Shown: in pieces, positions 18,892 through 29,300 of the stretch
How positions within the stretch are numbered: the first letter of the stretch is position 1
How the letters are laid out: each line of letters opens with the position of its first letter
Assembly: GCA_014193115.1 (NCBI GenBank)
Contig: BJHQ01000003.1
Span: forward strand, 2,768 to 66,767
Length of the DNA: 64,000 nucleotides
Direction: 5' to 3'
Origin: Planctomycetota bacterium
GTDB lineage: Bacteria > Planctomycetota > UBA11346
The notes under the pieces: generated by a model
What the model was told of the DNA's origin: nothing
The model's input: only the letters and a program-made list of their open reading frames with translations
Database searches by the model: none
Program-made: the position numbers and the translations under genes

Positions 18892-20430
18892 ATGAAAATC
18901 CGCACCCGCGTCCTTGCCAAGGGCCTGTTCGGCGCGGTGGTCCTCGTGCTCGCCATCCTGCAATTCATCCAGATCGCCCAGGGGCTGAACCGGGTCGAGC
19001 AAGCTCACGAGAGCGCCAACCGGATCATCTTCACCACCGGCCAGGTCGAGGCATTGATCTTTGACACCCTGCTGTCAGGTCGGGAGTCACGACAGCAATT
19101 CGCCGAAAAAACCGCCACCCTCGCCAAGCTGGTCGATACCGTCCGCCACCACGATGACACCCCGCACCTGACGGCGATTGCCAAAGAACACCAAAATCTG
19201 AAGGCGTATTTAGAGGCGATCGGAAATCTGAGCGACCTTCCCAACCAACCCATGCCGCAGTTCGTCCGCACGCTTGCCGAAGGGATCATCGCCAGCTCGC
19301 AGGCGTTGGCTGATCAGGCCCAGCAATGGCAACTGGTGGTGGATCGCGAGCGCCAGGATCTGCTCCGCCAGGCGTTCATCAGCTGCCTGATCCTGATCGC
19401 GCTGGTCCTGTTCACGCTGATCGTGGCGATGTGGACCATGCTGACCTGCGTGATCAAGCCGATCGAACGGCTGCGCCTTGGCGTCGCCGCCATCGCCCGA
19501 GGCGAGTTCACCTATCGGGTGGCCGAGCCACGGGCCGACCACGAGGTCGGACAGCTGGCCGCCGGTTTCAACCAGATGGCAGCTGCGCTGGAAAAGATGG
19601 AGGAACACCGCAGCCAGGTGGTGGCCTTGGAGCGCAGCAACCTGGGCCTGGAGCGGTTCGCGGCGCTGGCCTCGCACGATCTCCAGGCGCCGCTGCGGAC
19701 CATCACCAATTACGCCGATTTGCTGGTCAGGCGCAATCGCGACAGCCTCGACCTGCGCTCGCTCGGGCACCTTGAGCAGATCTCCGCGGCGGCCTTGCGG
19801 ATGCGCGAACTGACTGATGGCTTGCTCGCTTTTTCGCGAGCAGGCGAGATCGATAAAAGCCACGATATAGCGGTCTCGGTGGGGGCGGCGGTGAAACAGG
19901 CCATGGCCAATCTCGCCCATCAGATCGAAGAAGCCGACGCCCAGATCGAGATCGGACCGCTGCCGGTGGTCCACTTCGATCCGATCCAGCTGGAACAAAT
20001 CCAACAGAATCTCATCGGCAATGCGCTCAAATATCGCAAGCTCGGCCATGCGCCGCGCCTGCGCGTGGCCTTGGCCGAACCGCAGTCAGAGGAGCAGCCC
20101 GAAGGGTTCTGCACGATCTGCGTCAGCGACGACGGCCCCGGGATCGATCCCTCCCATCACGAACGGATCTTCGGCTTGTTCCAGCGGATCGACGGCGGTC
20201 CGGCCAGTGGCAACGGCATCGGCCTGGCCCTGTGCCGGATGATGATCGCCTCGCGAGGCGGGCGGATCTGGGTGACGTCGCAGGTCGGAAGCGGTTCTCA
20301 GTTCCTGTTCACCCTGCCGCTCGAAGCGGCCCATCGCCAGCCGACGGCCGGACACGGATCCGGTCGCAGCCATCAGGTCGTAGGCAACGAGGAAAAGACC
20401 AAGGAAGCGACGCGCGCGTCGCCGGTGTAG
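18892..20430 (+). CDS. membrane sensor histidine kinase with a HAMP domain
   Basis: Two TM helices, HAMP, H-box SHDLQAPLRTI, and an HATPase (NLIGNALKY ... DDGPGID ... GNGIGLALC). Confidence 0.85.
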   Translation: MKIRTRVLAKGLFGAVVLVLAILQFIQIAQGLNRVEQAHESANRIIFTTGQVEALIFDTLLSGRESRQQFAEKTATLAKLVDTVRHHDDTPHLTAIAKEHQNLKAYLEAIGNLSDLPNQPMPQFVRTLAEGIIASSQALADQAQQWQLVVDRERQDLLRQAFISCLILIALVLFTLIVAMWTMLTCVIKPIERLRLGVAAIARGEFTYRVAEPRADHEVGQLAAGFNQMAAALEKMEEHRSQVVALERSNLGLERFAALASHDLQAPLRTITNYADLLVRRNRDSLDLRSLGHLEQISAAALRMRELTDGLLAFSRAGEIDKSHDIAVSVGAAVKQAMANLAHQIEEADAQIEIGPLPVVHFDPIQLEQIQQNLIGNALKYRKLGHAPRLRVALAEPQSEEQPEGFCTICVSDDGPGIDPSHHERIFGLFQRIDGGPASGNGIGLALCRMMIASRGGRIWVTSQVGSGSQFLFTLPLEAAHRQPTAGHGSGRSHQVVGNEEKTKEATRASPV

Positions 20431-20466
20431 ACGATCAGTACGACGGAGAGGGCACAAAAAGGAGCC

Positions 20467-21579
20467 GTGCTTGTGCGGCGATGGGATCTGCGCAATGATC
20501 GGCGGGTGCTTGCGGCCCAGAGTCTACAGATATTGCCACGTCTGCCCCCATCCGCCGTCACCGCAGCAACCGGCCGCGAACCTCGTTGCGGCGCTGAGCT
20601 GGTCCGCGCCGCGGCGCCGTTCGAGCGCGAAGACCGGTTCACCTCCTGGTGTTTGTTGATCGAGACCCTGCTGGTGCTGAGCGGGCTGCTTGCGCTGGCA
20701 CTGTTGGCGTCGTGGTGGCCGGTGCAGATCCTGGCCGGTCTATTGGCCGGGCTGGTCCAGGTGCGGCTGTTCATCTTCTATCACGATACATTGCATGGAG
20801 CGCTGTTCCGCGGCGCGCCGGTGGTCCAGGGCTTCATGACCCTGGTCGGTGTCTATTTCTGCACCGTGCGTTCGGTGTGGAGCGAATCCCACGATTTCCA
20901 CCACCAGCACAATGGGAAGCTCGCCTGGTCGTCGGTCGGCTCCTATCCGCTGCTGTCAACGGTCGCGGCCTCGCGCCTGCGGCCGGGTCAGGACCGGCTG
21001 TACCGCCTGGCCCGGCATCCACTGACCATGCTGTGCGGTTACCTGACCACCAGCATGATCGGCTTGGCGCTGGTCCCGTTCCTGCGTGCCCCACGCAAGC
21101 ATGCGATGGCGCCGGTGGCGGTGGCGTTGCATCTCGGCCTGATCGGCGTGGTGGCCTGGCTGGCGGGGCCGTTCACCGCGCTGTGCGCCGTGGTCCTGCC
21201 CAATCTGGTGTCGACGGCGATCGGCGCCTATCTGTTCTATGCCCAGCACAATTTCCCCGATTTGGCGGTGTGTCCGAAGGGCACCTGGAGCTACACCGAC
21301 GCGGCGGTTCACGGATCGAGCCTGTTCGAGATGAGCCCGATGATGCACTGGTTCACCGGCAACATCGGTTTCCACCATGTCCACCACCTGAGCCACCGCA
21401 TCCCGTTCTATCGGCTGCGTGAGGCGATGCGCGCCATCCCCGAACTGCACCATCCTGGCCGGACCTCCTGGGCCATCGCCGACATCCGGGCCTGCCTGCG
21501 TCTGCACGTCTGGGATGACGAGCGGGGTCGCCTGGTGGCGCTGGGACCGGTTCCGGTTCCGGTGGCAGACCGGTCCTGA
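20467..21579 (+). CDS. membrane fatty-acid desaturase
   Basis: Histidine boxes HDTLHG, HDFHHQH and HHVHHL, with multiple TM helices. Confidence 0.8.
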   Translation: MLVRRWDLRNDRRVLAAQSLQILPRLPPSAVTAATGREPRCGAELVRAAAPFEREDRFTSWCLLIETLLVLSGLLALALLASWWPVQILAGLLAGLVQVRLFIFYHDTLHGALFRGAPVVQGFMTLVGVYFCTVRSVWSESHDFHHQHNGKLAWSSVGSYPLLSTVAASRLRPGQDRLYRLARHPLTMLCGYLTTSMIGLALVPFLRAPRKHAMAPVAVALHLGLIGVVAWLAGPFTALCAVVLPNLVSTAIGAYLFYAQHNFPDLAVCPKGTWSYTDAAVHGSSLFEMSPMMHWFTGNIGFHHVHHLSHRIPFYRLREAMRAIPELHHPGRTSWAIADIRACLRLHVWDDERGRLVALGPVPVPVADRS

Positions 21580-21622
21580 TGGCGAATGCCGGCCGGGCGT
21601 TGGTGCGGCTACCGGCCGTGGT

Positions 21623-23143
21623 ATGCCGGCGCTCATGGCCAGATTGACTGCTGCGTTTGCCGTGTGCTGGCTGGGGCTGGTCCCCGGGTCAGGGCTGGCT
21701 GGCGAGGTCATCGAAGGCGACTTGCATCAGGACACCGCGCTCAATATCGGCACCGGGCATATCGACGACTTCCGTTCCGCGGCCGGCCCTCGGGTTCCAG
21801 TGTGGGTGACGATCTGCCTGGATCTCGATGGCGGAGAAGCGCTGCGGCAAGCCTGCGTCGCTGGGTTGAGGGCGGCGGATCCGCGGCCGGCGGCCCTGGT
21901 CACCGGGTTTCGCGTCGCTGCTGCCGACATCCCCCGGCCCGATGAACCCTGGCTGATCGGCATCGGCCGGACCGTGCCGCTGGCGGTCATTCAGACCGTG
22001 CTGGCCGCGGTTCGCACCCAGCATCATGGCCCGCTGGTGCTGCGCGACGGCAACGACGAATCCGGAATCATCAGCGTCAGTCCGTGCGGAGAGCGGTTCC
22101 GGGGACAACCGCCGGTGGCAGGAATGGTGCTCGATCAGTTGCTGGCGATGAGCGATGCCGATCAGGCCCATGCCCTGATCGCGGCGGTGAACCAAGCGTT
22201 TGATCAGGGTTCCACGCCATCGGAACCACCTGCGCTGCTCGTTGATCTGACCTGCGGCGCTGACGGTGCGAGCGGCAGCGGTGCTGCCGGACTGCAGGTC
22301 GAAGGCGGGACCTGGACGGCCGACGGGTTGTATCTTCCGGCCCGGGCGGTGGTGCGGCCGAAACTGAATCCGGATCCGATCCTGCCGCCAAGCCCGCCGT
22401 ACCGGGTGAGCCTGTCCTTGCCCGCACTCGGCAAGCGCCGGCTGACGGTCACCCTGCTGGTGTGCCTGGCCTCGGCCGGCCGCGGTCAAGACAATCTGTT
22501 CTGCATCGGCCGGCGCAGCCGCTGGTTCAGCGCCCAGGTCGGCCCGGGCGGAGTGCCTGAAATCGGTCTGGATAATCGCTGGTATCTGATGCCAGCCAGC
22601 GAATGCGCGGTCATCGATGCCAGGAAATGGCATGCGTTGACGGTCGGCTGCGACGTGCGCTCCGGTGTGGTCCGGGTCATGGTCGACGATGGGCCAGGGC
22701 AGGATCTGCGGAGGAAGGATTCCAACGAGCACCGGATTCCGCCACGCCAGCTCGATGGCCCGGACGAGCTGGAGCTGCAATTCTGCGATCCGGGGACCAC
22801 CCGCCACCTGCACGGCATGGTGCGGCGGATCATCGTCCACAGCGGCCTGCTCAACGAGCCGACCATCGCCGCCCTGCACCGCGCCTTGGCCCCGACCAGC
22901 CTGCCCGCACCGACCCATCCTCAATTTGCCGACCCGGTGCCGCCGCCTCCGCCCGAAAAACGCCCGCCGAAACCGGCCAAGCCAGCTACCCCGGTTGCCG
23001 TGAAGCCAGCGTCGGCTCCGCCGGCGGTTCCACCGACGCCGCCGACGGTCCCGCCGGCGCCGCCGCAGTCCAAACCGGCGCCGCCGCAGTCCAAACCGGC
23101 CTCGCCGGAAATCGCTCCGGTGCCCGGAGCCAATGACTTCTGA
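21623..23143 (+). CDS. secreted protein with a C-terminal proline-rich tail
   Basis: Signal peptide MPALMARLTAAFAVCWLGLVPGSGLAG. The C-terminal PPTPPTVPPAPPQSKPAPPQSKP repeat reflects a DNA-level duplication. Confidence 0.6.
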   Translation: MPALMARLTAAFAVCWLGLVPGSGLAGEVIEGDLHQDTALNIGTGHIDDFRSAAGPRVPVWVTICLDLDGGEALRQACVAGLRAADPRPAALVTGFRVAAADIPRPDEPWLIGIGRTVPLAVIQTVLAAVRTQHHGPLVLRDGNDESGIISVSPCGERFRGQPPVAGMVLDQLLAMSDADQAHALIAAVNQAFDQGSTPSEPPALLVDLTCGADGASGSGAAGLQVEGGTWTADGLYLPARAVVRPKLNPDPILPPSPPYRVSLSLPALGKRRLTVTLLVCLASAGRGQDNLFCIGRRSRWFSAQVGPGGVPEIGLDNRWYLMPASECAVIDARKWHALTVGCDVRSGVVRVMVDDGPGQDLRRKDSNEHRIPPRQLDGPDELELQFCDPGTTRHLHGMVRRIIVHSGLLNEPTIAALHRALAPTSLPAPTHPQFADPVPPPPPEKRPPKPAKPATPVAVKPASAPPAVPPTPPTVPPAPPQSKPAPPQSKPASPEIAPVPGANDF

Positions 23144-23152
23144 ATCTGCGGG

Positions 23153-23767
23153 TTACGGGGAGATCTGCTCGCCGTCCTGGTAAGCAACCCAGGCGAACGG
23201 CGTGTATTTCCCCTCCGGGGCGAGCACCAGGTGGAAACTGACGATCGCCCCGCCCGTGGACGGAGTCGGGCGGAAGGTCTCGCTGGCGATCCACAGATCG
23301 GGCAGGCCACCGTGGGTGGTCACTCCGTTGGCCAAGGTGAAGACCCGGACATCGATACCCCGTACATACGGCAGCACGACCAGTTCACCTCCGTACGTGG
23401 TCGAGCCATCGTGCAGCTTGCCATCGGAACCGATCGCCCGCGAGGCATTGGTCGAGAAGGTGACCACCTGCACCCGGCTCTCGGCCAGGACGGCGCCGCT
23501 GGGATCAAGCAGGGTCAGGGTGCCATGACCCGGGCCCCTCGCCGACAGCCGCAGCTCAGGAGCCGCCCCGGCCAACGTCAATGTGGCGGACAGGAGGTCA
23601 GCCGGGATCGTCCGGACCGTGGCTCCTTGCGGCACCGCGAATCCAGGACGCAGCGGCACCCGCCTGGCATATCCCGGAGCGCAGTACACCTGGATCGGCA
23701 GGACCGGCGGTGCGGTCTCAGCCGCAGCGGTCAACTGAACGCCAAGCACCAGCAGCACGCAACGCAT
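23153..23767 (-). CDS. secreted hypothetical protein
   Basis: Signal peptide MRCVLLVLGVQLTAAAE. Good GC3. Confidence 0.55.
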   Translation of the reverse strand: MRCVLLVLGVQLTAAAETAPPVLPIQVYCAPGYARRVPLRPGFAVPQGATVRTIPADLLSATLTLAGAAPELRLSARGPGHGTLTLLDPSGAVLAESRVQVVTFSTNASRAIGSDGKLHDGSTTYGGELVVLPYVRGIDVRVFTLANGVTTHGGLPDLWIASETFRPTPSTGGAIVSFHLVLAPEGKYTPFAWVAYQDGEQISP

Positions 23768-23828
23768 GGCCGCGACTATCTGGGCCTGGTTACGTCAACA
23801 AGCACGGTGAACGCTCGCCGCGCGCAGG

Positions 23829-25103
23829 TTACTCGCGGCCGACGATCCGCACTGTCACCGATTTTTCATCGCCGGTGCTGGACCGGGCCTGGACCGCGAC
23901 CCGGTCGCCCGGTTCAACGCCGACCATGGCGCGGAGCACGTCGATCCGGGAGGCCACAGTCTGGCCGTTGACCGTCAGCAGCCGGTCGCCGGCTGCGAGC
24001 CCAGCCTTGGCGGCAGGCGAGTCCGGTGTGACCGTTTCCAGGAAAATCTGGCGCTCCCCGACCAAGGTGCGCTCCGCCACGGTCCAACCGTGCCAGGGCC
24101 GGCCGGGCAGAGCCGTACGGCCGACCGGCACGACCAGGTCAACTGTCTGGCCGGCGCGGCGCACCTGCACCGCCATGGTCGCGCCGAGGGCCCACGGCCG
24201 GCCGCGGAACAACGCTTCGGCGGAGGTCGGCACCAGCGGGCGGCGGCCATCGATGGCGAGCAGGCGGTCGCCCGGCCGCAGCGGCGTGACGGCCTCGTCG
24301 GCGACCGCGCTGATCTCGACGCCACGACCGTCGGCGGTGGCTGCCAAGGTCACGCCGAGCGGAGGGCCGGTACGGCGCACGGCACCGCCGTCGGCGGCGG
24401 CCAGCGCCGGCAGCAACGTAGCGATCTGGGTCGAGGCGATGGCCAGGCCGATGCCGCTGTTGATGCGCATGCCGGTGCGGGAACGGATCTGGCCATTGAT
24501 GCCGAGCAGCCGGCCCAGGCCGTCGAACAGCGGTCCGCCGGAATTGCCGGGATTGACCGGAGCGTCGCCCTGGACCGCGTCGAGATAGCCGCCGCGCACC
24601 ACCCGGCCGGTGGACAGCACGCCCCAGGTCACGGTGGGCACGTCGTCGAGGGTGCCGAGACCGAAAGGATTGCCGACCGCGACCACCGGGGCGCCGGCGA
24701 CCAGGGCCTCGGCCGGAGCCAGCGGCGCCGGGGTCCACGGCGGGTCGGCGGGATCCCAATCACCGGCATCGACCTGGAGCAGCGCGAGATCGCCGATCGG
24801 ATCGAAGCCGAGCAATTTCGCGGGCAGACTGCGCCCGAACCCGTGGTCCGCTCCGGCCAGCCTGACGCGCAGGTCAGAAGCATCGATCTCACCCGAGACG
24901 TGGTGGTTGGTCAGCACCCAGCCGTCGCTGCCGACGAAGACGCCGCTGCCCTGGCCGACGAAGGCGTAGCTGCGCAGCAACCGCACGGCGAGGGCGGTGC
25001 GGTCGTCATCGGCCGCGGCAGTGGCGGCGGAGCAGGCGAGGAGGAGCAACGCCACCGCGCTGAACCGCGGCCAGCGGCCCGGTCGGCAGATCTGAGCCGG
25101 CAT
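23829..25103 (-). CDS. trypsin-like serine protease with a PDZ domain (HtrA/DegP-like)
   Basis: GNSGGPLF around the catalytic Ser, the HHV catalytic His region, and a C-terminal PDZ (GDRLLTVNGQTV). It has a signal peptide. Confidence 0.85.
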   Translation of the reverse strand: MPAQICRPGRWPRFSAVALLLLACSAATAAADDDRTALAVRLLRSYAFVGQGSGVFVGSDGWVLTNHHVSGEIDASDLRVRLAGADHGFGRSLPAKLLGFDPIGDLALLQVDAGDWDPADPPWTPAPLAPAEALVAGAPVVAVGNPFGLGTLDDVPTVTWGVLSTGRVVRGGYLDAVQGDAPVNPGNSGGPLFDGLGRLLGINGQIRSRTGMRINSGIGLAIASTQIATLLPALAAADGGAVRRTGPPLGVTLAATADGRGVEISAVADEAVTPLRPGDRLLAIDGRRPLVPTSAEALFRGRPWALGATMAVQVRRAGQTVDLVVPVGRTALPGRPWHGWTVAERTLVGERQIFLETVTPDSPAAKAGLAAGDRLLTVNGQTVASRIDVLRAMVGVEPGDRVAVQARSSTGDEKSVTVRIVGRE

Positions 25104-25104
25104 G

Positions 25105-26871
25105 TCAGAACTCCTTCAGTTCGACGGTCAGCACCAGGCGCTGGCCGGCACGGTCGATGGTCAGGTCCACCCGGTCGCCGGGCTGCCGGCGGAGGAGCAG
25201 CCGGGACAGGCTCTGGTGGTCGCTCACCGGGTTGCCGTTCAGGCGCAAAATGCGGTCGCCAGCCTGAAGGCCGGCGGCGGCGGCGCCGGTACCCGGAACG
25301 ACCTCCTGGACCAGCACGCCGCTGTCGTCGCCTTCGTAGCGGTGGCGGATGCCGAGGCCGACCAGGCGCGGCCGATCCCGCGAGGCACCGGTCTTGAGCC
25401 GGGTCACGGCTTCGGCCAGGGTCGGTGCGTCCACCGCCATGGCGACCCCGGAATTGACCAGCCACGGCCGATCGTCCCCTGGGCCGAGCAGCACCAGCAG
25501 ACCCGCGACGGTGCCGTCAGCGGTCACCAGCGGACCGCCAAGGCTGCCGTAGTTCGCCAGGCAATCGACTTGGAGCAGCGCGTAGGGCCATTGATCGAGC
25601 CGGCGATCGGCCGCCGAGATCCCGCCGATGGTCAGGGTGTGGCCGGAATCAGCGCGGTGGCGACCGAGCAGTCCCACGGTGGTGCCCAGTGCCGGCCGGA
25701 CCTTGGCCAGCGGCGCCGCCGGCAGGCCCAGATCGCGTTCGGCGCGGAGCAGCGCCAGATCGAGCGGCACATCCACTGCGACCACGGAACAGGCCACCGA
25801 TCCGCCAGCGAGCAGCACCCGGCCGTTGGTGGCCTCGCCATGGAGATTGCTGGCGCTGGTCACCAGATCGGTGCCGCCCAGGGCCACGGCGGTCACCGGC
25901 TGGTCGGCGAAGAAGACCTGCTGCTGGTGCCAATAGGCAGCCCACCAGTCGCGCAGCTTGCGCCGCTCCCAACCCGGGGCCTCATCCACCGCCCGCGGCG
26001 GCCGCGGCACGGCCTGGGGATTTCCCGGGCCGCGGGGCCGATCGAAGGCGACCAGGGCGACCGAGCGGGCCACAACGGTTGTGGCGCTGATCAGCGCGGT
26101 CTCGTCGGCCGAGGGCGGTCGCGGCGCAGGCAGCGGATCGCCGCCGAGGTCGGCGGAGCGCAGGCCCAGGTCGGCCAGGATCGCAGGCAGCGGGACCGCC
26201 GTGCCCATGCGCCGGGCGCGCTCGGCGCCCAGGCTGACCAGGCCAGCCAGGCGTCCAGCGTCATCGAGCAGGGCCCCGCCCTGGTTGCCGTCATTGATCG
26301 CCGCATCGACCTCGATCACCGGACCGCGGTACAACGACAGGATTTTCCCGTGGCGGCCGCGGACTGGCGGATCGTTGGCCTCGATCACCGATCGGCCGCT
26401 GACGATGCCCCGTGAGAGCGCGACCTGACCGTCGAGCTCGATGGTGCCGTGGCTGTTGCCGGCCGACCACACCGGCATGCCCACGGTCAAGGCATCGCCG
26501 GCGCACCCGGTCAGAGGAACCGCGCCGCTGGGTAGCGGCCCGATGCGCAGCAGCACACCGGTGCTTGTTGCTCCACGCCGGACGACCGTGGCCAGGGCCG
26601 GGCCCTGGGCGGGATCCGCCACCGACCCAGGGAAGACCACCTTCCACGGCCCGTCGCCAGGTGGCAGGGCCTCGGCCAGCGACAGGGCCAGGCCATCTGC
26701 CGAGATCAGGACCAGGGCTCCACCGCACGGCGGTTTCTCTGGCGCGATCGACTGGTCCTGGGCGGTGAATTCGCCAACGAACGCGGCGATGCCCGAGGGC
26801 GGCTCAAGCGCCTGGGCGGCGCCGCACCAGGCGATCAGCAGGGCGGCGGCGGAGAAGCGAAGAGAAGCCAC
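25105..26871 (-). CDS. trypsin-like serine protease with PDZ domain(s), paralog of the preceding gene
   Basis: GSLGGPLV catalytic Ser motif and C-terminal GDRILRLNGNPV PDZ. The start was taken at the GTG giving signal peptide VASLRFSAAALLIAWCGAAQA. The ORF is open back to the ATG at 26991. Confidence 0.75.
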   Translation of the reverse strand: MASLRFSAAALLIAWCGAAQALEPPSGIAAFVGEFTAQDQSIAPEKPPCGGALVLISADGLALSLAEALPPGDGPWKVVFPGSVADPAQGPALATVVRRGATSTGVLLRIGPLPSGAVPLTGCAGDALTVGMPVWSAGNSHGTIELDGQVALSRGIVSGRSVIEANDPPVRGRHGKILSLYRGPVIEVDAAINDGNQGGALLDDAGRLAGLVSLGAERARRMGTAVPLPAILADLGLRSADLGGDPLPAPRPPSADETALISATTVVARSVALVAFDRPRGPGNPQAVPRPPRAVDEAPGWERRKLRDWWAAYWHQQQVFFADQPVTAVALGGTDLVTSASNLHGEATNGRVLLAGGSVACSVVAVDVPLDLALLRAERDLGLPAAPLAKVRPALGTTVGLLGRHRADSGHTLTIGGISAADRRLDQWPYALLQVDCLANYGSLGGPLVTADGTVAGLLVLLGPGDDRPWLVNSGVAMAVDAPTLAEAVTRLKTGASRDRPRLVGLGIRHRYEGDDSGVLVQEVVPGTGAAAAGLQAGDRILRLNGNPVSDHQSLSRLLLRRQPGDRVDLTIDRAGQRLVLTVELKEF

Positions 26872-27189
26872 ACGTTCATTGTAGCCCACTGCATGACCCG
26901 AGGGCAAGCGCCAGCAGATCGTTGCCGTACGCAGCACCAGCTTGCCCAAAGGCAGGAGGCCGGCCGCAGCACCTGGGCGGAAAAAGGCCATGCCGCTACC
27001 TCCGCTTCAAGGCCATACGGACCCCGACCGGTCGGCGTTGCCGACCGGAATGGCCTGGCCGCGGATTTCCAAGAACCAGAACCAACTCGTCAGGCGACCG
27101 CGCCGAGGTGCCGCGGCGGGTGGAGGTGCCGCGACGCGTGGGGAACGGCCGGGGTGATCAATCCCCGGTCGGCGTGGGAAGCGCCGGAT

Positions 27190-27474
27190 TTACAGCTTGA
27201 CCCGGGTGTAGCCCAAACGCTGGGCGGCTTCCATGCCAGGAGCCTGATTGGTCTCTTTCACCTCGATTTCGAGGATGGCCGAGCCATCGGCCTTGGGCGT
27301 GATCGTCGCCCGGGTCACTCCCGAGGCGCGCAGCATGTCTTCGCGGTCGCGGATCACGGTGGCGTCCGAGGCCTGGGGCTTGGTGTAGGTGAACAGCACG
27401 GTGCGCGCACCGCAGGCGGCGATGACCAGGGTGACGGACAGCGCAAGGATGGAGGACAGGGCGGTGCGGAGCAT
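27190..27474 (-). CDS. small lipoprotein
   Basis: [22 protein letters not shown] lipobox. 94 aa. Confidence 0.55.
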   Translation of the reverse strand: MLRTALSSILALSVTLVIAACGARTVLFTYTKPQASDATVIRDREDMLRASGVTRATITPKADGSAILEIEVKETNQAPGMEAAQRLGYTRVKL

Positions 27475-27611
27475 GGGCAACGATCTACTGGCGGTCCGGG
27501 GCTGGGGAAGCCCGGGTAGACTGCCGAACCCGGAGCCACAAATCCCGAGCCAGGCGCAGACCATCGGTCTCCGGCTACCCTTGCCTGGCGCGGCCCGAAT
27601 CGGAGGCTTAC

Positions 27612-27735
27612 CGACATCACGGCGACTGGCGCAAGGGCCTTGGCCCTGCGGAGCACCGCACGGGAACCGTGATGCGTCGGGCTGGTCGCTCCCATGGCGA
27701 TGGCCCCGCGAGCCGAGCGCCTGGGCGTCCCCCCC
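27612..27735 (+). promoter_or_regulatory. ZTP (ZMP/ZTP-sensing, pfl motif) riboswitch in the glyA leader
   Basis: 5' subdomain GGCGACTGGCG...CACGGGAACCGTG...GGCTGGTCGCTCCC, a linker, then 3' CCGAGCGCCTGGGCG pseudoknot element. This matches the conserved GACUGGCG / GGGAAACC / CGCCUGGGC blocks. It sits immediately upstream of glyA, a canonical ZTP-regulated gene. Confidence 0.7.
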
Positions 27736-27754
27736 GATCCTTCCGGAGGCCGCC

Positions 27755-29086
27755 ATGCACCCCATCACCGACCACGCACCGTCCCAGCGCCGCACCGGCG
27801 TCAGTGAATCCGCCATCCCGTTTGGGCACCGGTTCACGGCCCCCCGGCCGCTCGCCGACAGCGACCCCGAACTGGCCGCGATCATCGCCGCCGAGTTCGA
27901 CCGCCAGCAGCACACCATCGAGCTGATCGCGTCAGAGAACATCGTCAGCACGGCCGTCCTCGAGGCCCAGGGCTCGGTGCTGACCAACAAGTATGCCGAG
28001 GGCTATTCCGGAAAGCGGTATTACGGTGGCTGCGAAGAGGTCGATCGCGCCGAAGACCTGGCGATCCGCCGGGCCCAGCGGCTGTTCAAGACCGACTATG
28101 CGGTGAACGTCCAGCCCCACAGCGGCAGCCAGGCCAATATGGCGGTGTACCTGGCCGCCGGTCTGGCCAAGGGCGACCGGGTCCTGGGCATGTCACTTGA
28201 CCACGGCGGCCACCTGACCCATGGCTATAAGCTCAATTTCAGCGGACTGGACTATGCGATCACCAGCTATGGCGTGACCCGCGACACCCAGACCATCGAC
28301 TACGCCGAGGTCGAACGCCTGGCCAACGAGGTCCGCCCCAAGCTGATCATCGCCGGCGCCTCGAACTATTCCCGGACCTTGGATTTCCCGCGCTTCGCCG
28401 CCATCGCGAAATCCGTTGGCGCCTTGCTGTTCGTCGACATGGCCCACATCGCCGGTCTGGTCGCCGCCGGTCTCCATCCCTCGCCGTTCGGCCACGCCGA
28501 TTTCGTCACCACCACCACCCACAAGACCCTGCGCGGTCCCCGCGGTGGGATGATCTTCACCCGCGACCCCGATCTGGCCAAAAAGGTCAACAGCCGGGTC
28601 TTCCCCGGAATCCAAGGCGGACCGCTGATGCACGTCATCGCTGCCAAGGCGGTGGCCTTCGGCGAGGCCATGCGCCCGGAGTTCACCACCTATATGCAGT
28701 CGGTACGGGACAGCGCCGCGGCCATGGCCGGCGAATTCCTCGCCCGCGGCTGGCGGGTGGTCTCGGGCGGCACCGACAACCACCTGTTCTCCCTCGACGT
28801 GATGAGCCACGGCGTCAACGGCAAAGACGCCGAGGACCTGCTTCACCAGGTCGGAATCACGGTGAACAAGAACCTGATTCCCTATGACACCCAGCCGGCG
28901 CAAAAAGGTTCCGGCATCCGCATCGGCACCCCGGCGGTGTGCAGCCGCGGATTCGCCGTCGCCGAATGCGTCGCCGTCGCCGGTCTGATTGACCGCGCCC
29001 TGAAAGGCCGCGCCGATCCGGCCGCGCTGGCGGCTGTGGCCGGCGAATCCCGGGCTCTGTGCGACCGCTTCCCGATCTACCGCTGA
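27755..29086 (+). CDS. glyA: serine hydroxymethyltransferase
   Basis: PLP site [13 protein letters not shown] and the overall SHMT sequence. It has a roughly 25 aa N-terminal extension. Confidence 0.9.
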   Translation: MHPITDHAPSQRRTGVSESAIPFGHRFTAPRPLADSDPELAAIIAAEFDRQQHTIELIASENIVSTAVLEAQGSVLTNKYAEGYSGKRYYGGCEEVDRAEDLAIRRAQRLFKTDYAVNVQPHSGSQANMAVYLAAGLAKGDRVLGMSLDHGGHLTHGYKLNFSGLDYAITSYGVTRDTQTIDYAEVERLANEVRPKLIIAGASNYSRTLDFPRFAAIAKSVGALLFVDMAHIAGLVAAGLHPSPFGHADFVTTTTHKTLRGPRGGMIFTRDPDLAKKVNSRVFPGIQGGPLMHVIAAKAVAFGEAMRPEFTTYMQSVRDSAAAMAGEFLARGWRVVSGGTDNHLFSLDVMSHGVNGKDAEDLLHQVGITVNKNLIPYDTQPAQKGSGIRIGTPAVCSRGFAVAECVAVAGLIDRALKGRADPAALAAVAGESRALCDRFPIYR

Positions 29087-29300
29087 GCTGAACGAGCACC
29101 GCCGCCGCCAAGGCGCCGACGGCTGATCGGAGGAAGGCGCTGCTTGCTCGCTGGTTCCGCCAGCGAGCGGGGAAAATCTCTGGTTTATCCTTGAGATTTC
29201 GGAGCCATGGCGGTCGAGCGGCGTTTTCGGGGCCCACGCCGGCGGTTTCAGCGAGACCTCCGAGGCCGCTCCGAACTGGCGGAGGGATCGAATTGCGGTC

